Shown in pieces: positions 38,186-48,471 of a stretch of DNA of 64,000 bases. The first letter of the stretch is position 1. Every line of letters begins with the position of its first letter. The translations under genes were made by a program, and so were the position numbers. Location: NCBI GenBank assembly GCA_947379865.1, contig CANCOY010000001.1, forward strand, positions 11,724 through 75,723. Direction: 5' to 3'. The notes under the pieces were generated by a model that saw nothing but the letters and a program-made list of their open reading frames with translations, made no database searches and was not told the DNA's origin. Source of the DNA: Acetobacteraceae bacterium. GTDB taxonomy: Bacteria > Pseudomonadota > Alphaproteobacteria > Zavarziniales > Zavarziniaceae.

Positions 38186-38950
38186 TTACTTCGGCGACAT
38201 GCGGATGGAGCCGTCGAGGCGGATGGTCTCGCCGTTCAGCATGTTGTTCTCAACGATCTGGCGGGCCAGCTGGGCGTATTCCTCGGCATTGCCGAGGCGG
38301 GCCGGGAAGGGCACCTGGGCGCCAAGGGCGCGGCGGACTTCTTCCGGGGCGCCGGCCAGCAGCGGCGTGTTGAACAGGCCCGGCGCGATGGTGCAGCAGC
38401 GCACGCCGATCTGGGCGAGGTCACGGGCGATGGGCAGGGTCATGCCGACAACGCCACCCTTGGAGGCGGAATAAGCGGCCTGGCCGATCTGGCCGTCGAA
38501 GGCGGCGACCGAGGCGGTGTTGATCACGACGCCGCGCTGGCCATCGGCATCCACCGGCTCGAGGGCCGACATGCCGGCGGTCGACTTGGTGATGCACATG
38601 AAGGTGCCGAGCAGGTTGATGCGGATGATCAGCTCAAAGCTCGACATCGGGTGCTCGCGGCCCTTGGAGACCGTGCGCTGGGCAATGCCGGTGCCGGCAC
38701 AGTTCACCAGGATGCGCTCCTGGCCGTGGGCGGCGCGGGCCTTGGCGAAAGCGGCGTCGATGGCCTCTTCGCTGGTGACGTCGGCCTTGCAGAACACGCC
38801 GCCGATCTCCTTGGCAACCTGCTCGCCCAGATCTTCTGTCCGGTCGAAGATGGCGACCTTGGCGCCGTGCCTGGCCAGCTCACGCGCCGTGGCGGCGCCC
38901 AGACCCGATGCACCGCCGGTGACAATGGCGGCAATACCCTGAATGTTCAT
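38186..38950 (-). CDS. Short-chain dehydrogenase, 3-hydroxyacyl-CoA dehydrogenase type-2-like
   Basis: 254 aa. TGGASGLG cofactor motif, catalytic YSASK. Confidence 0.85.
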   Translation of the reverse strand: MNIQGIAAIVTGGASGLGAATARELARHGAKVAIFDRTEDLGEQVAKEIGGVFCKADVTSEEAIDAAFAKARAAHGQERILVNCAGTGIAQRTVSKGREHPMSSFELIIRINLLGTFMCITKSTAGMSALEPVDADGQRGVVINTASVAAFDGQIGQAAYSASKGGVVGMTLPIARDLAQIGVRCCTIAPGLFNTPLLAGAPEEVRRALGAQVPFPARLGNAEEYAQLARQIVENNMLNGETIRLDGSIRMSPK

Positions 38951-39066
38951 GGTGCTTCACTCCCGCTTTGGTTTTGGGCACTTGAGAATTTGGGGCGTCT
39001 TAGCAGATCGGCGCGGACGAGGCGAGTGTCCGGGTTCGGCTGGATACAGCTTTCCCCTCAGTTCCC

Positions 39067-39099
39067 CACTCAACCCTCCACTCAACCCCCCACTCAACC
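39067..39099. repeat. 12-bp tandem repeat x3 (CACTCAACC core)
   Basis: Cores at 39067, 39079 and 39091. Spans the NUDIX stop codon (39094-39096) and lies upstream of the SDR gene. Confidence 0.85.
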
Positions 39100-39546
39100 G
39101 ATACGCGGCGCAGCCAGGCTAAGCAGGATTTCGACGAGGCCACCCTCCGTCACCTTCATGGCGGCCTGGGCGGGGGAGAGCCAGCGGGTTTCGCGCTGGT
39201 GGCGTTCCGGCCAGTCGTCCAGCTGGCGCTCCACATCCATCACGAAGACCTTCACCAGACAGGGCTCAACCGTGCCGTCCAGCAGGCGCTTTTCGCTGAG
39301 ATAGCTGCCAATGGACCGGGGCCTCACCTGGCCGATCAGGCCGGCTTCCTCCCAGGCTTCCTTGGCGGCGAGTTGATGGGGTTTCAGCTTGGATTCGGGC
39401 TGGCCCTTGGGGATGATCCAGCGCCGCGTGCCCCGGCTGGTGACAAGCAGCACCTGCATCTCCCCGTCCACCAGGGTGATGGGGAGGGCCGCATACTGCT
39501 TTTTCAGGGTGGGTTTGCCTGCAGCCATAACACCGGATCCCGTCAT
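39094..39546 (-). CDS. NUDIX hydrolase
   Basis: 150 aa. WIIPKGQPESKLKPHQLAAKEAWEEAG Nudix box. Confidence 0.8.
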   Translation of the reverse strand: MTGSGVMAAGKPTLKKQYAALPITLVDGEMQVLLVTSRGTRRWIIPKGQPESKLKPHQLAAKEAWEEAGLIGQVRPRSIGSYLSEKRLLDGTVEPCLVKVFVMDVERQLDDWPERHQRETRWLSPAQAAMKVTEGGLVEILLSLAAPRIG

Positions 39547-39588
39547 CCGCCGGGCACCGCGCCCGACGCACCAATCAACACCCCTGTT

Positions 39589-40665
39589 TCAGGATGCGGC
39601 AGTATTTCCCAAGCCTGGCTTCGCCGCCATCTGCCCCGTCGTCGCAGGGGCCGCCAGCGGCCCGGTCGTGGCAGGGGCCTCCAGCGCCACAGGCACAAGG
39701 GCCAGGGGCGGCTGGGCGTTCCGGCGGCGGTCGCGGGCCTGTTCGCGGCGGGCCAGATAGAGAGTGGATCCCACAATGACCATGGCGCCTGCCAAGGTCC
39801 AGCGGTCCGGCACCTCGCCGAACCAGAAATACCCAAACAGGCCGGCCCACACCAGCCGCACATAGTCGAACGAGGCCACAAGGCTGGCCTCGGCCGCCGC
39901 ATAGGCCCGCACCATGCAGCTCTGCCCGGCGGTGGCGGCAAGGCCCATGGCCACCAGCACCACCATCTCGTGCCCCGTGGGCTGCACCCAGACCAGGCTG
40001 GCCGGCACGACCGAGACGGCGGTGGAAAAGACGCCGAAATAGAAAACAATGGTGCTGGGATTGTCGTTCCGCGCCATGGTCTTGATCAGCACCATGGAAC
40101 AGGCCGCCAGAAAGGTGGAGAGCAGGGCAAACAGCGCCGCCGGGTCCACCGTGCCGGCCGGGCGCAGCATGATCATCACGCCGGCAAAGCCGGTGATGGT
40201 GGCAATGCCGCGATCAAGCCTGATGCGCTCGCCCAGAAACAGGGCAGCCAGCACCAGCAGGAACAGCGGATTGGCAAAGCCGATGGCGGTTACATCGGCC
40301 ATGGGCAGATGCACCATGGCGTAAAAGCCCGTCATCATGGCGGACGAGCCCACCACGCCCCGGGCAATCTGCAGCCAGGGCCGGCTGGTGCGCACGCCAT
40401 CAAGACCCATGCGCAGGATGAACGGCAGGATGGCCGCCAGCCCGAACAGGGCGCGGAAGAACGCCACCTGGAACGGGTGCAGGCGGCCACCGGCATATTT
40501 GGCCGCCGCAATCATGATCGCAAAGAAGATGCCGCACAAAAGCATCCACGACGCGCCGCGCACAACGGGGCTGGCCGCCGCAAAGCGGGCACCAAGCTGA
40601 CGGTGAAGAGCGCCGGGACGGATCAAACGGGCCTCCCGCTGGGCAACTGCGCGGCCCCGCGCCAT
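39589..40665 (-). CDS. DMT-superfamily (EamA) transporter
   Basis: 358 aa, 10 TM helices in two EamA halves. N-terminal start uncertain. C-terminus has an imperfect 27-bp duplication (APATTGPLA/APATTGQMA). Confidence 0.8.
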   Translation of the reverse strand: MARGRAVAQREARLIRPGALHRQLGARFAAASPVVRGASWMLLCGIFFAIMIAAAKYAGGRLHPFQVAFFRALFGLAAILPFILRMGLDGVRTSRPWLQIARGVVGSSAMMTGFYAMVHLPMADVTAIGFANPLFLLVLAALFLGERIRLDRGIATITGFAGVMIMLRPAGTVDPAALFALLSTFLAACSMVLIKTMARNDNPSTIVFYFGVFSTAVSVVPASLVWVQPTGHEMVVLVAMGLAATAGQSCMVRAYAAAEASLVASFDYVRLVWAGLFGYFWFGEVPDRWTLAGAMVIVGSTLYLARREQARDRRRNAQPPLALVPVALEAPATTGPLAAPATTGQMAAKPGLGNTAAS

Positions 40666-40700
40666 CCCCCTCGGGAAGGCGCGGGGTATCGTTTGGCGGC

Positions 40701-41678
40701 TCAGCGGGTCTTGACGACTGCCTTGCCCTGCACCTTGCGCTGCATCATGTCGTTCAGGGCCGAGGCCACGTCTTCCATGGCATATTCGGCGCTGACATGG
40801 GGGTGCAGCTTGCCTTCGTCGAACCAGCGCATCATCTCGTCGAGGTTCTGGCGGTGCAGTTCGGGATCGCGGCGGGTGAAGTCGCCCCAGAACACGCCCA
40901 CCACCTGGCAGCCCTTGAGCAGGGCCAGGTTCACGGGCAGCTGCGGGATCCGGCCAGAGGCAAAGCCCACCACCAGCAGGCGGCCTTCCCAGTTGATGCA
41001 GCGGATTGCCTCGTCAAAGGCATCGCCACCCACGGCGTCATAGATGACATCTGCACCCTGGCCACCGGTGAGTTCCTTGACGCGGTCGCGGATCTTCTCG
41101 TGGCTGTAGTTGATGACCTCGTCGGCGCCGAACTTGCGGCAGAGCGCCAGCTTCTCGTCGGTGGAGGCAGCGGCAATGACGCGCGCGCCCATCACCTTGC
41201 CCAGTTCCACGGCGGCCAGGCCCACGCCACCGGCGGCCCCCAGCACCAGCAGGGTCTCGCCCGGCTTGATGTTGGCGCGCTGCTTCAGGGCATGGTGAGA
41301 CGTGCCATAGGTCATCAGGAAGGCGGCGCCCGTGGCATAGTCCATGGAGTCCGGCATCTTCACGACGCGGTCGGCGCCGATCACGATTTCGTCGGCAAAG
41401 CCGCCCCAGCCGCACATCACGATGACGCGGTCGCCAATGGCATAGCCCGTGACACCCTCGCCCAGTTCCGAAATCTGGCCCGCAGCCTCGCCGCCGGGGG
41501 AGAAGGGCATCTGGGGTTTGAACTGGTACTTGCCCTGGATGATCAGCACATCGGGAAAATTGACGCCGGCGGCATGCAGCGCCACGCGCACTTCGCCCTT
41601 GCCCACGGGCTTTGAGGCGATTTCCTCGATGACCAGACTCTCAGGCGGTCCATATTCCTTGCACAGCACGGCCTTCAT
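40701..41678 (-). CDS. NADPH:quinone oxidoreductase (MDR / zeta-crystallin family)
   Basis: 325 aa. MKAVLCKEYGPPESLVIEE..., LVLGAAGGVGLAAVELGK Rossmann motif. Confidence 0.9.
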   Translation of the reverse strand: MKAVLCKEYGPPESLVIEEIASKPVGKGEVRVALHAAGVNFPDVLIIQGKYQFKPQMPFSPGGEAAGQISELGEGVTGYAIGDRVIVMCGWGGFADEIVIGADRVVKMPDSMDYATGAAFLMTYGTSHHALKQRANIKPGETLLVLGAAGGVGLAAVELGKVMGARVIAAASTDEKLALCRKFGADEVINYSHEKIRDRVKELTGGQGADVIYDAVGGDAFDEAIRCINWEGRLLVVGFASGRIPQLPVNLALLKGCQVVGVFWGDFTRRDPELHRQNLDEMMRWFDEGKLHPHVSAEYAMEDVASALNDMMQRKVQGKAVVKTR

Positions 41679-41792
41679 GGCGTTCTCCCCTTTGATGCGT
41701 GCTTGGGTTTAGCACGGTCGGGGTGCGGCAATAAAGCCAGCGGTGCAGCAGTGGCCCCCATGTCAGAGGGTCCTGTGTCAGCCGTGCTTGCG

Positions 41793-42377
41793 TCAGTCGA
41801 TGTCCTCGCCGGGATAGGCGCCCCAGATCTGGTCGCGCGGCAGCCAGCCGCGCCGGTTGGCAATCTCCATCTCGCACCATGACAGGCGGCACTTCAGCAG
41901 CCGGCCCTGAACCCCGGCCTCCGCCCGCAGGACAACGGCGGCCGAGGGGTCGTGATCGGACAGCAGCGTCCGCGTCTCGCCGGTGATGATGGCCGTGCGG
42001 CGGCCCGACAGCAGGGTCTTGTGCACCCAGCCAAGCGTGCCATCGGCCGCCCGGATACGTCGCCACAGATCGTATTCGGCCACCACTTCCACCGGCAGGC
42101 CCTGGCGCGTGAACTTCCAGGTGACGGGATACTGTTCCCCCGGCCCCGTGCGCAGGTTGACCTCTGCCGCCCCGAGGGAGACGAAGCGGGGAATGGCGCG
42201 GCCGGTCTCCTCCCCCTTGGTTGCCTCGGTGGCCGTGGCCGGCAAGGCCGCAAGGCCGACAAGGAAGAGGCCCGCAAGCCCGGCAAGAAAGAGGGCCGTC
42301 AGCAGGATCAGGCGCGACAGCACCGCGCCCGGGCGGAACGGCAGGGGATGACCAGAAAGGGGCAGCGCATGATGCAA
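41793..42377 (-). CDS. Exported SH3-domain protein (COG3807-like)
   Basis: 194 aa. Signal/TM segment, then RFVSLGAAEVNLRTGPGEQYPVTWKF...GWVHKTLL and a second SH3-like half. Confidence 0.7.
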   Translation of the reverse strand: MHHALPLSGHPLPFRPGAVLSRLILLTALFLAGLAGLFLVGLAALPATATEATKGEETGRAIPRFVSLGAAEVNLRTGPGEQYPVTWKFTRQGLPVEVVAEYDLWRRIRAADGTLGWVHKTLLSGRRTAIITGETRTLLSDHDPSAAVVLRAEAGVQGRLLKCRLSWCEMEIANRRGWLPRDQIWGAYPGEDID

Positions 42378-42605
42378 GGGATGGGCCTTGTGTGGGGCGG
42401 TAAACCTGCACCTGTCGATAGGGGCGAATCATGGGCTCCGCCGGCCTGCGGCAATAGTCCGCATGCGCTGCATTGCGGTCAAGCGGCCGCCGCTGAATGC
42501 ATGATACCCCATCCAGCGTTTGTGATCGCGCCTCAGGTCTGCTACTTAGGGGTGGCCGTGCCGGACCTCCATCGGGCCAGGCATGCCGCCACGCGGGGGG
42601 ACCTG

Positions 42606-43592
42606 ATGCCCACGAAAAAACCCTTGGTTATTGTCACACGCAAGCTCCCCGACGCGATCGAGACGCGGATGATGGAGCTGTTCGACACACGCCTGAACCA
42701 CGACGACCACGCCTTTAGCCAGGCCGAGCTGATCGAGGCTGTGAAGGTGGCGGACGTGCTGGTGCCCACGGTCACCGACCGGATCGATTCCCGCGTGCTG
42801 GCCCAGGCCAATCCGGAGCTGCGCCTGATTGCCTCGTTCGGCACGGGCGTTGACCATATCGACCTTGCCACGGCGCGGCAGCGCGGCATCACCGTGACCT
42901 CCACCCCCGGCGTGCTGACCGAAGACACCGCCGACATGACCATGGCCCTGATCCTTGGCACCGCCCGGCGGCTGGCCGAGGGGGAGCGCCTGCTGCGCTC
43001 GGCCAAATGGAATGGCTGGTCGCCCACGGGCATGCTGGGCCATCGCATCTGGGGCAAGCGTCTGGGCATCATCGGCATGGGCCGCATCGGCCAGGCGGTG
43101 GCGCGGCGCGCCCGGGCCTTTGGCCTGTCCATCCATTATCACAACCGCAACCGCGTTCACGAGCAGGTCGAGGCGGAGCTTGAGGCCACCTATTGGGAAA
43201 GCCTCGACCAGATGCTGGCCCGCATGGACGTGATCTCGGTCAACTGCCCCCATACGCCCGCCACCTATCACCTGCTCTCGGCCCGGCGGCTGAAGCTGCT
43301 GCCGGCGCACGCCATTGTGGTGAACACGGCGCGTGGCGAGGTGATCGACGAAAATGCCCTGACGCGCATGCTGGTGGCCGGCGAACTGGCCGGCGCCGGG
43401 CTTGACGTGTTTGAACACGAGCCTGCGGTGAACCCCAAGCTGCTGGAACTCGACAAGGTGGTGCTGCTGCCCCACATGGGCTCCGCCACCATCGAAGGCC
43501 GCCTCGACATGGGCGAAAAGGTCCTGATCAACATCAAGACCTTCGTCGACGGCCACCGCCCCCCCGACCGCGTGCTGGAAGCCCTGCTCTAG
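42606..43592 (+). CDS. D-isomer-specific 2-hydroxyacid dehydrogenase (glyoxylate/hydroxypyruvate reductase-like)
   Basis: ATG at 42606 inside ORF 41952..43592, 328 aa. GIIGMGRIGQAVARRA NAD motif, NTARG, HMGSAT. Confidence 0.9.
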   Translation: MPTKKPLVIVTRKLPDAIETRMMELFDTRLNHDDHAFSQAELIEAVKVADVLVPTVTDRIDSRVLAQANPELRLIASFGTGVDHIDLATARQRGITVTSTPGVLTEDTADMTMALILGTARRLAEGERLLRSAKWNGWSPTGMLGHRIWGKRLGIIGMGRIGQAVARRARAFGLSIHYHNRNRVHEQVEAELEATYWESLDQMLARMDVISVNCPHTPATYHLLSARRLKLLPAHAIVVNTARGEVIDENALTRMLVAGELAGAGLDVFEHEPAVNPKLLELDKVVLLPHMGSATIEGRLDMGEKVLINIKTFVDGHRPPDRVLEALL

Positions 43593-43636
43593 GGCTGCCA
43601 GCCCCCAGCCCGCCAGCAACCCTCGGGCCCCGGTTG

Positions 43637-43673
43637 CTCAGGCCCCAGTTTCTCAGGCCCCAGTTTCTCAGGC
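43637..43673. repeat. 15-bp tandem repeat, about 2.5 copies (CTCAGGCCCCAGTTT)
   Basis: Copies at 43637 and 43652, with a partial copy at 43667. The partial copy provides the TetR-family gene's stop codon. Confidence 0.85.
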
Positions 43674-44348
43674 ATTGGCCAGCGCGCCGATGCCGCGTTG
43701 CAGGATCTGGACGACGGACTCTGCGGCTGACCGGTCATCGAGGCCGGCGGCGGCGCCGGTGCCGTCTTCCAGCAGGCGGCTGAGGCCGTACATGCCCGAC
43801 CACACCGCCAGGGTGGCCTGACGGGCACGATCCGACGTGTCGTCATTGTCGCCCAGTTCCCGGCGGGTGGCGCCCATGCAGGCCGCCCAGCAGCGCTCGA
43901 AAGCCGCGGCAAGGTCGGCCGTGCGGGGCCGCGAGGCGGGATGGGCGGCAAACATCAGCCGGAACATCTGGGGATTGGCGCGGGCAAAGCGCAGAAAGGC
44001 CAGAACCATGGGCCTGATCCCGCCATGGGCCGCAGCCTCAAGTTCCGCACCCAGACGCTGGAACCCGTCCGCCGAGATGGCGTCGAGCAGGCCGTCCTTG
44101 TCGGTGAAATGATGATAGGGCGCGGTCTGGGAAACCCCGGCCGTGCGTGCGGCCAGCCGCAGGCTGAAGGCCGGCACCCCCTTGGCTTCCAGAAGCTCCT
44201 TGCCGCTTTCGATCAGCGTCGCGCGCAGGTTTCCGTGATGATAGCTGCTGCGGCCCGCATCTGCCTTCCCCTCGGCAGGCTGGTCGGCAGGTGGCGGCAT
44301 CTGGCCCGACGACGGGGCCCCTTTTTCCTGGCTCGGCATGGTGAACAT
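43668..44348 (-). CDS. TetR-family transcriptional regulator
   Basis: Met 28 of ORF 43668..44429. HTH FSLRLAARTAGVSQTAPYHHF. Confidence 0.85.
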   Translation of the reverse strand: MFTMPSQEKGAPSSGQMPPPADQPAEGKADAGRSSYHHGNLRATLIESGKELLEAKGVPAFSLRLAARTAGVSQTAPYHHFTDKDGLLDAISADGFQRLGAELEAAAHGGIRPMVLAFLRFARANPQMFRLMFAAHPASRPRTADLAAAFERCWAACMGATRRELGDNDDTSDRARQATLAVWSGMYGLSRLLEDGTGAAAGLDDRSAAESVVQILQRGIGALANA

Positions 44349-44459
44349 TTTTCCCCCCGGGGCCGCTCCGTCTTGTGCGGTGCGTACCCTGACAAAAATA
44401 TCATGGGGCAGCATTGGCGACCTGAGCAAGGAAAAGCATGGGCTGACAAAAAGTTCCCA

Positions 44460-44475
44460 ATGACGGGGGCGTCAT
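44460..44475. promoter_or_regulatory. Palindrome ATGACG-N4-CGTCAT, candidate TetR operator
   Basis: Read directly, about 112 nt upstream of the TetR-family start. Shares GGCGTCATCTTT with the second site. Confidence 0.4.
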
Positions 44476-44567
44476 CTTTCCTGTGTGAAATGATGTTTTA
44501 TTCCGCTGTCGATCTTGGCTTCGCAGCCGCAATAAGGGCCGTTTTTTTGGTGCGTCCGGGATGCATG

Positions 44568-44581
44568 TGACGCAGGCGTCA
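44568..44581. promoter_or_regulatory. Palindrome TGACGC-N2-GCGTCA, second candidate operator
   Basis: Read directly. A further TGACGC half-site lies at 44602-44607. Confidence 0.35.
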
Positions 44582-44607
44582 TCTTTTGCGGGAACCGGAT
44601 GTGACGC

Positions 44608-45186
44608 CTAGATGTGCTCGGCCATGATCTTGCGCAGGCGGGTGAAGGCAAGGCGCAGGCGCGACTTCACGGTGCCAAGGGGCAGCCCCCGCACCTCGGC
44701 GATCTCCGAATGGGAGAGGCCCTCGTAAAAGGCCTGTTGCAGCAGATCGGCCTGTTCCACCGGCAGTTCCCGGATGGCGGCCCGCAGGCGCAGGTCGCGC
44801 TGGCCGGTGCCCATGGCCTCTTCCGCCGAGGGGGGCGGCGGATTGACCAGGGCCGGGTCCATGGGGTCCACCTCGGGCCGGCGCTCGCGGCGGATCACGT
44901 CGATGCGGCGGTTGCGGGCAATGGTGAACAGCCAGGTCGCGGCCGAGGCCTGGCGGCGGTCAAAGGTGGCGGCCTTGCGCCAGACCAGGATCATGGCTTC
45001 CTGGACCAGTTCCTCGGCCTTGCCCGGATCGCTGCCGGTGCGCATCAGATAGGCCTTGAGGCGGGGCGCAAAATGGCCGAACAGGCGCGCGAAGGCCTCG
45101 CGGTCCTGATGGGCCGCGATGGCCTCGATGCAGGCAGCGAGGGCGTCTCGTTCGGCCTCCGCCGCGTCGGGCTGATTGCGATCCAT
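44608..45186 (-). CDS. ECF-type RNA polymerase sigma-70 family factor
   Basis: 192 aa. Region 2 (EELVQEAMILVWRKAATFD...WLFTIARNRRIDVIR) and region 4 (LSHSEIAEVRGLPLGTVKSRL). Confidence 0.9.
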   Translation of the reverse strand: MDRNQPDAAEAERDALAACIEAIAAHQDREAFARLFGHFAPRLKAYLMRTGSDPGKAEELVQEAMILVWRKAATFDRRQASAATWLFTIARNRRIDVIRRERRPEVDPMDPALVNPPPPSAEEAMGTGQRDLRLRAAIRELPVEQADLLQQAFYEGLSHSEIAEVRGLPLGTVKSRLRLAFTRLRKIMAEHI

Positions 45187-45322
45187 GTATCATTTAACGC
45201 CAGCCTCCCTGCCCCCGCAACACGGCCTTTCACCGGGCGGACGGCCATGCCGCAGGGCGACATCACCGGCAGGTTGCCCGGAAAGGCTGGAAATCCGGCC
45301 ACGCACCCCTTATGTTCCCGCC

Positions 45323-45856
45323 ATGCGCCATCTTCCACTGCTCCTCCTGACCGGGCTCCTCGGGTTTTTCCCGACGCTCGCTTTTGCCGATGCCCCCAAG
45401 GCGATCGGCACCTTTGGCGACTGGGTGGTCTTTGCCTCAGGCGCCCCCAAGGCCACGTCCTGCTTTGTCTCGGGCAAGCCTGCCAAGTCCGAGCCAAAGG
45501 CCGCAAAACGTGGCGAGGTTTTCCTGCAGGTCAGCTTCCGCAAGGCCAGCGGCGGCGAGCCGGCGGCAACCAACGAAGTCTCGATCATCGCCGGCTATCC
45601 CTACAAGGACGGCAGCGACGCTGAACTTGCCGTCGGCGCCATAAAGGTGGCGCTCTTTACCCAGGGTGACGGCGCCTGGGCCCGCGATGCCCACACCGAC
45701 CTTGAGGTTGTGACGGCCCTGAAGCAGGGCAAGAGCGCCACGGTCAAGGGCACCTCTGCCCGGGGCACCACCACCACCGACACCTTCGCACTCGCCGGCT
45801 TTGGCGAGGCCCTGACGGCGGCCATGAAGGCCTGTTCCGTCAAGCCGGCAGCCTGA
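45323..45856 (+). CDS. Invasion-associated locus B (IalB) family exported protein
   Basis: Met 50 ([22 protein letters not shown]...) of ORF 45176..45856. FGDWVV...C motif typical of IalB. Confidence 0.75.
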   Translation: MRHLPLLLLTGLLGFFPTLAFADAPKAIGTFGDWVVFASGAPKATSCFVSGKPAKSEPKAAKRGEVFLQVSFRKASGGEPAATNEVSIIAGYPYKDGSDAELAVGAIKVALFTQGDGAWARDAHTDLEVVTALKQGKSATVKGTSARGTTTTDTFALAGFGEALTAAMKACSVKPAA

Positions 45857-45864
45857 GCGCGCCC

Positions 45865-47076
45865 GTGACCGATTTCCTCTCTGATGCGGGCCTCGCCTCT
45901 GGCGCGGCCCTGGTGCCTGATGCAGGCCTCGCCTCTGGCGCGGCCCTGGTGCCCGATCCCGGGGTGGCGCCGCCGCTGGCTGCCGCCCCCGGCCTTGCCG
46001 ACCTTGTGGGTCTCGACCGCGAGGAACTGAAGCAGATCGTCACCGCCGTGGCGGGCGACCGGGCCGGGGCCATGCGGGCCAACCAGCTGTGGCACTGGCT
46101 CTATCACCAGGGCGCCACCAGCTTCGAGACCATGACCACCCTGTCCAAGGACCTGCGGGCCAAATTGGCCGAGGTGGCCCGCGTCAGCCGGCCAGAGGTC
46201 GTGCGCGCCCTTGTTTCCAGCGACGGCACCCGCAAATGGCTGCTGCGCTTTGCCGACGGGCAGGAGGCCGAGACGGTCTTCATTCCCGATGGCGAGCGGG
46301 GCACCCTGTGCGTCTCCAGCCAGGTGGGCTGCACCCTGACCTGCCGTTTCTGCCACACCGGCACGCAAAAGCTGGTGCGCAACCTGACGCCGGCCGAGAT
46401 CATCGGCCAGGTGATGCTGGCGCGCGACGCCCTTGGCGAATGGCCCAGCCCCACCGACGGGCGCCTGTTGTCGAACATCGTGATGATGGGCATGGGCGAG
46501 CCGCTCTATAATTTCGAGAATGTGGCCAAGGCGCTGCACATCGCCATGGACAATGAGGGGATTTCCCTGTCGCGCCGGCGCATCACCTTGTCCACGGCGG
46601 GCGTGGTGCCCATGATCGAGCGCTGCGGGGCAGAGCTTGGCGTGCAACTGGCCATCAGCCTGCACGCCGTCACGGACGAGATCCGCGATGTCATCGTGCC
46701 CATCAACAAGAAATACCCGATCAAGGAACTGATGGCCGCCTGCCGCGCCTATCCCGGCCTCAACAATGCCCGGCGCATCACCTTTGAATATGTGATGCTG
46801 GATGGCGTGAACGACACCCCGGCCGATGCCCGCGCCCTGGTGCGCCTGATCAAGGGCATCCCGGCCAAGGTGAACCTGATCCCCTTCAATCCCTGGCCGG
46901 GCGCGCCTTATGCCCGCTCCAGCGATACGGCGATCAAGACCTTTTCCGACATCGTCTTTGCCGCCGGCTATGCCAGCCCGGTGCGCACGCCGCGCGGCGA
47001 GGACATCATGGCCGCCTGCGGCCAGCTGAAGTCCGACAGCGTGAAGCTGCGACGAAGCGAGCGCCTGCCGGCCTGA
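45865..47076 (+). CDS. rlmN: 23S rRNA/tRNA (adenine-C2)-methyltransferase RlmN, radical SAM
   Basis: 403 aa as tracked. [11 protein letters not shown]-like motif, [11 protein letters not shown] cluster, MGMGEPL, and C-terminal AACGQL. The true start may lie downstream of the 36-bp duplication. Confidence 0.9.
   Translation: MTDFLSDAGLASGAALVPDAGLASGAALVPDPGVAPPLAAAPGLADLVGLDREELKQIVTAVAGDRAGAMRANQLWHWLYHQGATSFETMTTLSKDLRAKLAEVARVSRPEVVRALVSSDGTRKWLLRFADGQEAETVFIPDGERGTLCVSSQVGCTLTCRFCHTGTQKLVRNLTPAEIIGQVMLARDALGEWPSPTDGRLLSNIVMMGMGEPLYNFENVAKALHIAMDNEGISLSRRRITLSTAGVVPMIERCGAELGVQLAISLHAVTDEIRDVIVPINKKYPIKELMAACRAYPGLNNARRITFEYVMLDGVNDTPADARALVRLIKGIPAKVNLIPFNPWPGAPYARSSDTAIKTFSDIVFAAGYASPVRTPRGEDIMAACGQLKSDSVKLRRSERLPA
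45883..45954. repeat. 36-bp tandem duplication (2 mismatches)
   Basis: 45883-45918 and 45919-45954. Encodes [12 protein letters not shown] twice if translated. Confidence 0.9.
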
Positions 47077-47109
47077 CAGGCGGCCCTGAAACGGGCTGAT
47101 CTGCCGCGC

Positions 47110-47138
47110 TTGGCAAGCGGACCACAATCCCTATACTC
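47110..47138 (+). promoter_or_regulatory. Candidate sigma-70 promoter of argG
   Basis: TTGGCA (47110-47115), 17-nt spacer, TATACT (47133-47138), about 75 nt upstream of the argG ATG. Confidence 0.35.
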
Positions 47139-47212
47139 GCGCCGCCCCACGGGCGGGGCACCCCCAGCCCTTATTCGTGCTGCCCCTGCGGGGGCGCCTC
47201 CAGGGACCCGAC

Positions 47213-48427
<1,215 letters not shown>

Positions 48428-48471
48428 GCAGCCTCAGGTTACAAACTCTCCCGTCAGGCCGCCTGCCCTCA

